From the NCBI GenBank assembly GCA_973851085.1, contig OZ316775.1, forward strand, positions 17,236,001-17,300,000: a stretch of DNA of 64,000 bases, written 5' to 3'. Under the pieces are notes generated by a model, which worked only from the letters and a program-made list of their open reading frames with translations, was not told the DNA's origin and made no database searches. Source of the stretch: Ptychomitrium polyphyllum. Lineage: Eukaryota. A program made the position numbers and the translations under genes. Within the stretch, counting starts at the first letter, position 1. The number at the start of each line of letters is the position of its first letter. Below, piece after piece: positions 36,439-48,938 of the stretch.

Positions 36439-38506
36439 ACCAGTTACAGTTCCAAATTTTGCAGAATTTTGTGTATCTAAGCTTTGAGTGTACGAATTGT
36501 GGTTTCCGGAAAGGAACTAGAAGAATTTTGTTAGATGGCTGACGTATTAGATGTTAGTGTTGACATGAATCGTTGATTAATGTATATAATTCTAAATGCA
36601 ATCATTTAGTAAAATTGATCCTTATGTATATGCAACTGGAAGACTCCTTGTTTGATCCCTGTGTGACAAGTATGCCGACCTTGAATTGACGGATAATCGG
36701 CCACATGGAACAACCATAGAAGCACTTATTTATGATCACTTTATACCAGTTTCTGACAGGAAAATTGTAGTCCTGGTGGATTCTGCATGACATCCAGTTC
36801 TCCAACTGCAGACTTGGCACTCTGTCTATTTATCATTCCTCCGGCATATTCTGGCTTCAGGAACATTAGCTCCACCTGATGTTCTGTGCGAAGTAGAATA
36901 TTGTGCACATTAGACATAAATACGTACAAGTACGCTTAGTAACGTTTCTTAGCAGACTTGAGCACTATGAGTTCCGAACATAACAACAAAACAATCAACT
37001 ATTTGAAATATGGTATGTCATACACTCATAGTGCACATGTATGGATTTTGGTTCTAAACAGCTAAAAACATTTCTCTTTCAACATCTTGAAGACTCAAGA
37101 TGTTGCCATGTAGATACCGCTATGCTAAAATCAATATATTCAATTTTAGTTTTCGAAATTATGGAATAATGATTCATTGTGCTCTTAGAAAGTCACCATC
37201 AAAAATTTATCAAGTCATACATAATAGATATGTTGTCTCATGGTTTTCACATTGATAACATGGAAGATAAAATTTTCTCACTCAAATTATGGTATATGAT
37301 TGTCAAAGATGATTACAGTTATTGGAGAAATTTACTAGAGTTTTTGTATTATAGTTTGTTTGCAAAGTACAGAGCTTTTTTTAACAGTCATAAGGCATCA
37401 CTATAGGAGAAATAAAAAGAACCTCTACAACTCGACAGGACCTCTTTGTTCTAATTCAGTGTATTCTACTTCAGTAAACTAACAGAATGATGGTCAATTC
37501 AGGACTCAGTGTAAGTCGACCATGGTCGTGAAGAACAGTATGGGTGCAAGTGGTCATTTAAAGCACCCATCATGTAAGACATCCTAAGATACACTTTCAT
37601 TGAAAATTCACCCCTGCCAAATGTAAATTTGTGTGTAAATATTACACGATATACACTTGCTTAGTGTAACTACTGTGCAATGAATGGGTTGTATTGCAGT
37701 ACATGGTTTGTCTCTATTTTCTCAACCTCGTGTAATGATTCCGATTTCAGTGGATCTTGGAAGTTTGCAGTTTGTGTGGTCGATCGAGTGCTTCTAGGAT
37801 TCAAGAGGTGTAATAGCTGGACAGGACAAACATCAAACCTCCAACTTGAACCAGGCTCCGTGATCAAATCCTTGAACCTGACAAGGCACAACGAAGACGT
37901 CTCAACAACCTGAAATGGCACCGCAACATGTACACAAGTTCATCAATCACCTGCGACACACGCAACTTTGACAACAAGTTGAAGGATCCAACTCTGTTGA
38001 AGGATCCAACTCACCTTCATTGCAATAGAAGGAGCAGATTCTTTCACACAATTCCTTCACAAAGCCAGCTACTGAGTCGCGTAGTTCGTCGATATCACTC
38101 TCTATATTGACAAGGGCCATCAGCTCAAACACCACAGTATGTCTCCAGCGACTACCACAAACACAACTTACATTCAACCAGAGATAACTGAATTCCACAA
38201 ATTTCAACTACCAGATTCAAATGCCAAATTTCAAAACAAGGCCCAGAAAGAGGCTGCAGATTCTAACTTCAAACATCTACACGTTCAAATATTCAGATTT
38301 ACGTGACGTGTAGATGAATTTTAGTAAATCATAATATACTTAAGCAGGAATCTTGCACTTATTGTATCCAAGAATACCGGCACCTAAAAATCTTCTAGTG
38401 CAGGAATACTTGACCCAATTCAATTTGTCTAAGAGCATCCTTCACTACTGGGAGTCATCTTCACTGGAAATTCCACAAAGCTATTCCTGGTTCTTTCTGT
38501 GGTAAA

Positions 38507-38529
38507 CCCCCCCCCCCCCCCCCCCCCCC
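38507..38529. repeat. C23 homopolymer
   Basis: Uninterrupted run of 23 C. Confidence 0.95.
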
Positions 38530-39723
38530 GGCAATTATATAATTACATACTCCCCTCCTATCCTCAATATCTACAACACATAGACAGACTCAAAGGAAGC
38601 TCACCTTAAACAAAACTCAAATGATCCATAAAATGCAAACAAGTGATAGGAAGTAAACGCAATGGTCATAATGAAATGGAAGTTTTTCATCACTGCCAAG
38701 TGAGCTCTCTGGTGCAATGAATGTGCTTTACCTGTTTGCGCAACAAGCTCTGTCATTGATTTTCAGGGTGTGCCAACCCCACAAGTCACCTCTGAAGCAT
38801 AGAGGCCCACAGAGAGGTGAGAGGAATCCGGGTACCTAAACAGATTTCACCTCAAGCTGGGTATCAAACGGACGTAAACCGACATCTAAGTTTGGCCATG
38901 GTAATGTTGTGATGGTGCTTTTGTCTAGATTCATCCGAGAGCCTAGCTAGCTCATTCGCAATTTCGGAGCAGAATTGCAGCAGCAGCTGGGTGCGCCCGC
39001 CAGTTATCGTCCTTCAGTCCATCAGGTGAGCAGCATCTCCAGCTACTTTCACAAGGCTTAGAGTGGTAGCGTAGCAATAAGCTCACTTCGTCTCTTGACA
39101 GGCTTCTCTAACTTGCTTCTTCAACTGGGCGTTTTCCAAGTCGTATGTAGCCTCAACTGTGGGAACAATCCAGCAGTGGGATGAGATTGAGCGGGTGGGC
39201 TCATGCAACTTCGTTTTATATCTTCCTGTGAGGTTTCCGCGAACTGCAGTGAATTGTTGTGTTGGTGTGTTTTGAGGTGGCTTTCGAGATGCAGCCGTTT
39301 GTTCCTTTGCCAAAGCTTAACTGAGCTTAGGTCTTGCGTATTTATGTTGGATTCTAGCTTTTTAACTGGGATATAAGGATCGAAACTTCTATGGATTTAG
39401 AATTTTGTCATTTTTCCGAGCGTACAAAGTTTCTGTATAGAGCATCAAAAATTTGAGCTGTTTCTGTGTTATTTGCTACATTGCCGCTTGTATAAGGAGT
39501 TACGCTTCAGTTTTATGGATCTCATAGTGATTGAACTTCAATTGGACGGGCAGGAATTGTTTATCGGAGACTGTCGAATATCGAGGAACCCTAACTTCCA
39601 AGGCACTCAGTTTGCATATATCCGCAGTTTATGGCTGGTTTTAATATTGCGTTGGCAAAAAGTTGCACTTTGTGATGGTTTCAAGCGATTCTTTTCATGT
39701 GGCAGTTTGTTCAACAGCGTACA

Positions 39724-41203
39724 ATGGGTGGAGCGGACGAAAACCAAGTGTCGAAATGGAAAAAAACTGCACTGATTGTGGTCGACATGCAGGTCGTACT
39801 TACATGCTCTATTCCCCGATTTATTTGAACTGAGTAACGTAATGTAGCTTCTTCAGAACTATCTGTGTGGATACTGGGGATATTTCTACATGGATCTTTA
39901 CCTTGGTGTTCTTCATTTTTTATGGTTGCAGAATGACTTTCTCAGTCCGGAGAGTTGTCTGTTCGTGGCTGGAGGGCCGGCAATTATCCCTACTGTGGCG
40001 GGAGCGGTCGAAATCGCTCGGAAGAAGGGAGCCTTTATTGTTTGGGTACTTGTTTCCTCTGTAATAATATGCTTATTTCTATTTGCAACCACGAGCTAAA
40101 GGATCAGACTCAGGGCTGTATATTACATTTGAGGTTTCAAAGGTTTCAGGATTGATATTGGTTGCCACTGCTGAGTATAAGCTTCTCATTGACCATGATC
40201 TACTTTAGAATCATTTCAAGCATTGATTTCTTAGCTTGGTCGTATTGATCCTTTGTTGATAGAGCAGGTTGTCCGCGAGCATCACGAATCTGGGAGAGAT
40301 GCTGAGTATTTTCGGAGGCACTTGTATGATGGTACAAGTGGACCAACGATGAGAGGCTCAGGTGGTGCTGCTTTGGTAGATTGTTTGGTTGCCAAGCCTG
40401 GAGAGCACAGAATCATGAAGTTTAGATTTAGTGCCTTTTTTGCCACAAGTTTAGATCTTGTGCTTCGCAGGGAAGGGATTGAGCACATTGTTGTCGCAGG
40501 TATGTTTCACCCATTTTGCTTATAAATTACCTTAAGCTTTGCCACCGTGGATGTCAGGTATCAAAAGGGCATCACAACATCCGAGTAAGCACGTTTTGGG
40601 TGGTTTCCTTAGTTTGCCACTTCTCTTTTCAAGATTACATACCTTTTCAGGATGTTTTCAAAAGGGGTTATTAAGAGGGGTGTTTAATAATGTTAGGATG
40701 ATAAACCTTCTCCTTTAAATGGGCGAATCCTAGTGTGATAGTGTTTGAATTGCTGGCAGGCGTTCAGACCCCAAATTGCATTCGAGCAACTGCTTTCGAT
40801 GCTGTTGCACATGAATACCGCTCTGTAACGGTTCTTTCCGATGCAACGGCAGGCCAGACCGAAGCTATTCATTCCGGTAGAATTCTCTCTTTCCAATTCG
40901 AGCTTACAACCGCAACTCTTGAAGATACAATTCTGTTCAAATGCTTATTACTATCTATCCTGTCCATGGTTACTCCTTTCTTTATCATTACCGTACACAC
41001 TTGTATCAATATCGCTTGTTCCTTCTTTATTCTGAAGCTTGTCAGGACTGAGGACATCCTAACCACTTGCTTCGTGTGCTAATGCAGCTAATCTGTTGGA
41101 TATGCGAAACGTGTCAATTGCAACACCGACCGTGGCAGAATGGGCAACATCTAAAGACGACTTGGATGTCACCCCAAGAAGCCTGGCAACTGAAATGGCA
41201 TGA
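39724..41203 (+). CDS. Isochorismatase/cysteine-hydrolase family protein (nicotinamidase-like, At3g16190 type), 215 aa, 5 coding exons
   Basis: Exons 39724-39792, 39932-40045, 40268-40499, 40760-40876 and 41088-41203; all GT-AG; 648 nt in frame. Motifs TALIVVDMQNDF, IMKFRFSAFFAT, VVAGVQTPNCIRATAFDA (Asp-Lys-Cys triad present). A 5' UTR exon probably ends near 39025. Confidence 0.92.
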
Positions 41204-42313
41204 GGCCTATGTAAAGAGTTAGTTGTAGTGTTAGAGGTAGTTCGACCTTCAAAAGTGCGGATCTTAGAATCTAAAGCTACACGTGAGAGCTGCTGTATAT
41301 GTTTTGTTGCAGTCTTGAAAGGGCATGAAGTTTGTTAGTAAAAGATTTGTAGTACATTACGAATCGTGCAGGCTGGCTAAAGAGCAAGCTGTAGGTTGCT
41401 AAAGATTCATCTCAGCTTGCCTTTTTCAAGGAAGTACGCTGTATCACATGAATAGTAAGGGCAGTTCTTGCAGTTTATTTCCGGCTTCAAACAATTTCAG
41501 ACGAATATCATACTTGACCAGTTAGTCGAGGTATGTGTTACGGGCATGCATGAGTAAACGTCTGAGACACTATGATAAACTTGTTCTGATTGCCACTACT
41601 CAAGAAGGACTGAGTCTCAGAGAAGTAAGCAAAAGCACAAGCACAAGCACCTTCCAATACTAAGGCACAGAATCCTAAACCTCCAGATTGAACTACAATT
41701 TGAACACCTGCGAATTCACCCACTTGTTCCTCTAATTTATTCTATCATACACCTTAAAATTATCTCCATAGAGTACACACTTGTCAACTCTAAACCCATG
41801 CATGGAAATTGTAGAGCCAGGACATTGTCCCAATGGTGGAACAAAATGCTTATCACATGTGAGGCCACATTAAATCCCCTCCGCTACATACGATATCTCA
41901 CCGAAAAGAATTCCAGCCCCAGATTGCTAGTCAATCTAACCTCCAGTATGTAATCTGGACGTTTAGAGAGACATTTGAAGGACATCCCTCGGAATGTTGA
42001 GGATGGAAGATCTAGCAGTTGGACCACATGAGGAAAATCCAAAACCAACAGTTACACGCAGCAGGGGCCCTGCCGCAATATTTTCCAGAGCCTGACTTAC
42101 AAGGTCGAAATTTAAATAGCCCCCGGCCACAACGTTTCTATGTCAATCGCCTTCTGCATATATAGCTGTTCTACACACTTCCTCTTCCAAGAACCTAACC
42201 TTGAGTGCTATACCATCTTCTTCACAAATATATCTTGTAAACAAAAATTGTGCAGACATCGAGCCAACTCCACAGATACTTTAAAGAATATGCTCACTGC
42301 GTCATCTCTTGTA

Positions 42314-44896
42314 TCACCTCTTCCGTCGCTTTACATCAAGCTGCATCTCAAGTTGTAAAATACTCAAACCATGGAAGTATTGAAATATCCATATCACAAG
42401 CCAAATGAATAAGAACAGGCATGATCTTTACTTGAATGCCAGAGCCTCACATGATGGTCAATAAATTTGCAACTACTTTAACTGACAGATTAAATCCTGG
42501 CTTAAGATTGTACAAAACATTTCATCTTATTACATATACCCTAACCTATTATTATAGAAAGGATAACCTCTCATCATAGAAATGAAAAGAAAAGAAAAAT
42601 AAAATTCTGCAGGGTGATGATCAACTAAGGCACACCATGCTGGCAGCAACAAACGTATTTACTTAGCACCAGAAGTATCTACTGCAAAGAGGCTGCAAAG
42701 ACCGCATACCTTGACATGATCAGGAGTAGGTGAGCTTCTAGGAGACGACTGTCGCACCTTCTTTTCTCCAGGTTGTGAAGTACAATCAGGGCAAACGAAC
42801 TTTTCCATCTTCTTCACCTGATCTGGTGTAAAACTCATGCAGGATGGGTGGAACCTACATGCAGAATAAAAATAAACATCAGCTCATCTAAAACTTGTAC
42901 TATGAGGACATTTGATTATCTACACAGACAAGGTTGAATACAACATGAACCATGACAGTAGAACAAGTCAAACCATTGCTTGGCAAAACAAAAACCTGAG
43001 GTACAAGTCCAAGCCACCAAGATGCAATAACTGCTTCAACAACTATTCACTACAATTGTAGAATGAGAAGAAAAAATATAGCGGCCTACCAGTCTTTGCA
43101 GAGTTCACACTGCACCATCAAGTCATCAGGGTTGTACGGCATTTCACACTTGCAGTAACTGGAATCAGTATTCAGGAGCAAAAGAACACCCGTGAATTGA
43201 AGTACATGCACAAATAAATGAATGGTTTTTAGTCCAAAAGCCACATGATCAACTCATAAATCATGAAATACGCACATAGCTCCCTTTGTATGATTTGTAA
43301 CCAGCCTACGTTGCATAGATCATGGAACCACAACAAACATGATTCCCTACCGCCAGCTAATTAACAGAAGAAGAATAATTGCTTACACAGCAACTCGATC
43401 AGGAGTAAACCCTCCAGTGGATGCTTTATACTCAAAGCGGCAGAAATAGTCCTCTGCACCAACGCTTTCCAGCTTTGTGTAATTTTTAAATGTATGAACT
43501 ATGCATTTTCCCTCGATGGTGTCTGCGCTTTGTATGTCATAGTGATCCGAGAGAAAGAGTTCCTTTGACCCGTGAAACTGTCTCCTGCCTCCCATCGACT
43601 CTTCTGGCCGATAATACCATCGCACCCGGACTTTGGCGTTGTTTTTAGCATCGGCTTCGATCTTCTCAATCTTTGCAACGTAGGGTGGTTTCTCCGGATC
43701 TTGCTGACGCATCAGAACCGTATCTCCCACTGGTATCACATCAAACATGATATTGCAGCATTTAAACATCATTCCCTCAGACTGGAAAAACCACGGTAGG
43801 AACATCCTCACTTCTCAACCAGGCATTATATCCTAATTGTGTACAGCACATGCAGTCTAGAAAATATTTAAACAAACGGACACTTCAAACGATATTGCTA
43901 TCGTCTACAGGTACAGGAACATTTGGGGACTCCAGTACACATATCAAGTACAAAATAAAAGGTACATACGGATCACTGATACTGCAGGCAATCCTTCAAT
44001 GTACAGGTCCACAGGGAGAGATCATTGACAATGCGGCTCAAGAGTACAGGTACAAGTTAAGGAAATCCTTAAATGAATGACTTTCTCCGAAAGTAACTGA
44101 TCAAGGCTTAGCCAGAACCGAGTCCACCGTGGATCTATCAACCTAAAGAAACTATAAGTGACATATGCGTCAGCACACCGGGTTTAAGTGTAATAGTGCA
44201 CTATTTTCTTGGCATGACTTTAAATGCTCTAGATAAATAGTCCAGAGACAATTCCTATCTTGATATGTTGAGAAGTTTAGCGACTACATTGAAACAGCTA
44301 GCGAACTTTACCAAGTTACAAAAAATCAGCACTTCCAACAGCAAAGATTATCGACACAAGTAAACCAGCTCTCTTGAGTTGGTTAACTAGCTTGACAAAG
44401 CTAGTGCCAGTCTATGATTTCAAGGACAGGCAACTAGCATTTTTGGTACTACTTGAGGTAGGTGCAACTCTAAAAGTGACGAACATGATCTAATACTATT
44501 CGAAAGCTTTTAATGCATGACAGCATGCTGCTACTCTCTTTCCTTTACCGAATAGTGCAGCATTTTACTGTCACTGCCTAATACTGCTAAATTATGTAAA
44601 TAGCTACAATAGTTCTAAGCAACAGCGATGCATAAAATAGGTAATGACGCTCCTTGAGCATCTTAAAATGTCGAAGAGAAACGATAATGTCGACATCCAC
44701 AAGACTCGACTGCAGAGAGCAATAGCAGTCACTGATTCCATCCAGCCCTTCTCTCCACGCATGCAATCAGGATCGGATATACAACAAAAGACCAAGAGCC
44801 GCGCTTATAAATTCCCCGCTCACCTTTCACGACTTTGTGCGTCCCTTTCACCGTATACGAGTCGAGAGATTTCTTGACACCTTTGGACTTCGCCAT
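42314..44896 (-). CDS. EBS: BAH-PHD chromatin reader of the EBS/SHL family, 218 aa, 5 coding exons
   Basis: Exons 44896-44824, 43729-43387, 43158-43090, 42854-42710 and 42340-42314; all GT-AG; 657 nt in frame. BAH ([30 protein letters not shown]), PHD ([28 protein letters not shown]...CPDC), C-terminal NLS-like KRRKR. EBS versus SHL orthology cannot be resolved by eye. Confidence 0.95.
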
Positions 44897-47782
44897 CGCC
44901 GAACCAATCCGCCCTCGCTTCTTATCCCTCGCAAATAGCTAAATATTAAAATTAAAAAATCTATCCTTCCAGACCTCTCGACACCTCTCCACAACCTCCT
45001 CCCTCCCTTCCTAAAACTCTGCTACCTCTGTCTCAAAACCTCAAACCTCCACCTCATGAATCACTCCTCACCTCCCCGCCTCATAACCTCTCCGCTCACA
45101 GCAACCGCATTCACGCTCTCGACGGCCGGGATTTTCAAGCCTGTCATAGTCAAAACCACAGAGCTGTCACCACAGAAGACACCAAACCCTACGAAACTTT
45201 GCGAAAAAGCTACCAATCGAAAGCGCTTCCGATGCTGAGCACCAGTCTAGCCGCGTCGATAATTTTCCGGTTCGAAATCACACCAAAACGTGCCTTCAAA
45301 GCTCGCCAGAAACGCAGCTATGGCGAAGACTGTTCTTCCCGACAGAAGTGCTCCTCCTCTTTCTCTTGTCTTCTCTTCTCTTCCCCCCTTCCCTCCCTCC
45401 CCTGCAACTTAAATTCTACTCTTCCCTTAGATCTGGCTCCATCAATCCACCGTATTTCTGAATCTGTGGCGTCTCTGTACACAGGTTGTAGATCGAGCGC
45501 CTGAAGGAGGTCCCGCTTTTATGTCTAGAATCTACCAGGGCTCCGGGCATCCGGCAGACAGGCGAATTCCTAGATCTCCACTGCGGTTCATGTTCCCTGT
45601 ATACCAAAGCTGCTGCTTGTTCTTGTGGCCTCTGGGATTTCTTGTTCTGTATGTAATAAGCAGATTTCTGATGGTGTTAAGCGTGTTTAGGTGAAAATCG
45701 ACGGAAAAGTTGGATTTCCGGACACATCCTTCGTGGATTCCGCCCTGTTTAGGTGCGTGTCGTGTTCACTTCTACGGCTGCTCGAAATAAGCAGCCTTTG
45801 TAATTAGCGCCTACAGATTTGCTAACTGGCCTATTGATAATTATTTTAGACACTCTGGTCGTTCATTGTTGAAGATATGTAACCTTGGTTTCGATTCTTA
45901 CGTCTTTCGAAGTTTAGCTGGGGTTTTTCTGAGACGATTAAGGTGGCCCACGTACACAAAGCCAAGGACTTTGCTTGTTTATACATTTTGTCAAAAAAAT
46001 ATCTAAAGTTTTGGAGATAAATGTAAGATTTTTATCACAACTTTTTTTATTTCGATCAAATTAGTTACAAGTCTCTAAAGAGAGTTCTAACAGAAGTCTA
46101 CAAAACACAAGTAGATTAGCCTAAGAACCATTCAAACAATAATTACATGTCTTTATATTCTTAGTTTGGTCACCTAAATTCAGATATATAAGGTCACAAC
46201 TCTTTAGATTCAATAGAAAAAATTTATTACAATCCAAAACATTTGTAGTATTTGTATCAAAAAACCTTAGCAAACATAAATAGTAAAATATTTGTTTGCA
46301 ATAACTAACTATAGCCTTATATAAATCAATTTATACACCTAGATCAAGGAATATAAAGATTGTAATTTCTACCAATCAAATACATACGTAATCATGCAAT
46401 TTTTATTCAAAGTTCACTGTATTTCAAATCCATCATATCATATTTTCAGAACATGATTTTCCATTACATGGTATTTTATTTCACTTCCATTTCCATTTCC
46501 AACATTCTATGGATTCATTAAAGGAATTTTTGTCCCATTATTATCATTCTCTCATACATTTTTAAAGTCATTATACTTTTAATTAATATAAAACATATGC
46601 TTTGTTATTATTAATCTTTCCATAACTTATGATTATTGAAAGGTGGTATGAATTTGGTAATTACCCAAAAATTTATTAGATTTTTATTAATATGTTGAAA
46701 TTATTATAAAAATAATTGTCAACTTTAGTAAGTTATGGATTATTTAATTAAAAACTTGTTATTTTCTTATTGTTTCAACTTCAATTAATTGTATATTATA
46801 TATTCAAACCTTTTATATAAAATTACATGATATCAAAATGTGGTTTAGAAAAAAATTCTATTTAAGAAACATGATGAATACGCCATATTAAAAGAAATGG
46901 TTTTTAATTTTATTTGTTGGTTTATTTGTTTGTAATATTTTCTTGATCTTTCCAAGTGTAATGTGGATGGAGATATACTGATTATTATTAAAAGATCTAC
47001 CACAAAAAATTGTTTTAGTTTCTTTGTATTTAAGAAGTTTTTGGCGTCTTTGTTATTATAATTTAAAATATTAATATTCTATTATGTTGATGTATTCTTT
47101 GTAAAAATATTTTAAAAAAGAATCTAAACTTATGGACAAGTTTATATACACATATAAATAATCTTTTTAATTATGCCAATAATAAAAGGCATATTTAATA
47201 TATAAAAATGATAACAATTTCAACAGTCATCACAAATATATAATAAAAGGTATATGATTTCTTATTCTATTTTTATAATCAATTAAATTGGATTAGTTTT
47301 TTTGTACAAAATGATTTTTAAAAGAATTTTATTGACCTCATCATATCTTTTTTTAAGATTCATAAAAATAAAATAATAGTCATCCATCTTCTAGATCCTT
47401 TTCTTCTTTACATATTATTCAAAAGCTTTGTCTTGCATATTAAAAGATATATAAAATAATATTGCAAAAGGTTATGTTTAACTACACTTTAAAGTTTGCA
47501 CATTATAATGTATTAAGTTTACAAATTATAATAATTATTTAATCTTCTTTTATACTTTTATAAATTTGGTTATAATCAATTAATTCATGTGCATTTTCAA
47601 AAGAAATTAATATATTCAATTAAAATAAATCAACTATACTTGATATAATTTATATTTTCAATTAATATTTATTTTATATGATGTTAATATATCCTGTCTT
47701 ATATTGTGATGAAGATATTCTAATTAAAATACTTTAATTACTTTATTAGCTTAAATTTTCATATTTTATGAATTTTTGGTGT

Positions 47783-47800
47783 TATATATATATATATATA
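47783..47800. repeat. (TA)n microsatellite
   Basis: Direct reading. Confidence 0.85.
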
Positions 47801-48828
47801 TTATTTTATATTATTTTATTTTATTTATTCATAATTTTTTATATGTGTGTAAAATACTACTTTGGTCTATATCAAATTTTTAACTAATTATGTTTTTGTC
47901 TAAAAATTAAAGTAATTTAGATTATTTGTTTTTTTTAAATAATATTTTTCAAAGCATTTTTAGAATAAAAAGTTTCTATACATTAGATAACCGATTAAAT
48001 TAATCTTTGTAAACATCTTAAAGTATTAAAAGAATAAAAGAATTTTGTAAAAGTTTATGAATTTTTGTTGATTTTAAAAACTTTATAAATCTTTACAAAA
48101 TTCTTTGAAATTTTATAATTTTTTTTAGTTTTATAAGATAAAGTGTGATTTGATAAGCTACAATGAAATTTAATAAATAACATTGAGAATTCATTAGGTT
48201 TTTATAAACTTTAATGAAATTTTATAAGATTCCATGAAATTCTATAAATCTCATATTTCAAAAAAATGTACTAACAAACTCAAAATCACATAAAAATTAT
48301 AAAAATATCATAAGATCATTTATTTAATAAACTTTGCAATTTGAGCAAATAAAACATATTTTTCACTAAATTCTTTACCATTATAGAAAGATAGATTCAT
48401 TCTAATAAAGATACGACTTTAAATTTTGAACATCATTAATATATTTAAATAAAATTATGTATTAATCTTATAATGAATTTGTATTTGGGTTCCTTCATTT
48501 TTTTAATTCCATAATCCTAAATGGATACATTTGTATTCGAAAGAACCATGTTGTAAGAACCAAAAAATTATTACAGTAATAGCAAAGGATTTTTTTAATT
48601 TGTTCATGAAAGCAAATTAAAACATAAACTATTGAATCTAAGTTTGAAATTAATTGGACTATTAACTTCATTTTATAATACTATTAAATTTAAACATTAG
48701 CTCCTTATAAAGTAGATCCAAATAAGTTTATAAAATTTAAATTCAAATTTAAAAAAATAAATTGTAAATTAAAAAAATATTAAAAAATAAGTTTAAACTT
48801 AAATTTGATTTTTTTAAAAAATAATTAC

Positions 48829-48831
48829 ATA

Positions 48832-48862
<31 letters not shown>

Positions 48863-48938
48863 AATTTTTTTTTTTTTTTATTTTCATTTTTTTTTTTTAT
48901 TTTTTATTTTTTTATTTTTTTTTTTTTTTTAATTTTTG
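48829..48938. repeat. (AT)n followed by an interrupted poly-T low-complexity tract
   Basis: Direct reading. Confidence 0.9.

Noticed and set aside
38610..38695. Possible box C/D snoRNA on the minus strand (GTGATGA ... TTGA)
   Set aside because: The D box is non-canonical; no terminal stem or recognisable rRNA guide.
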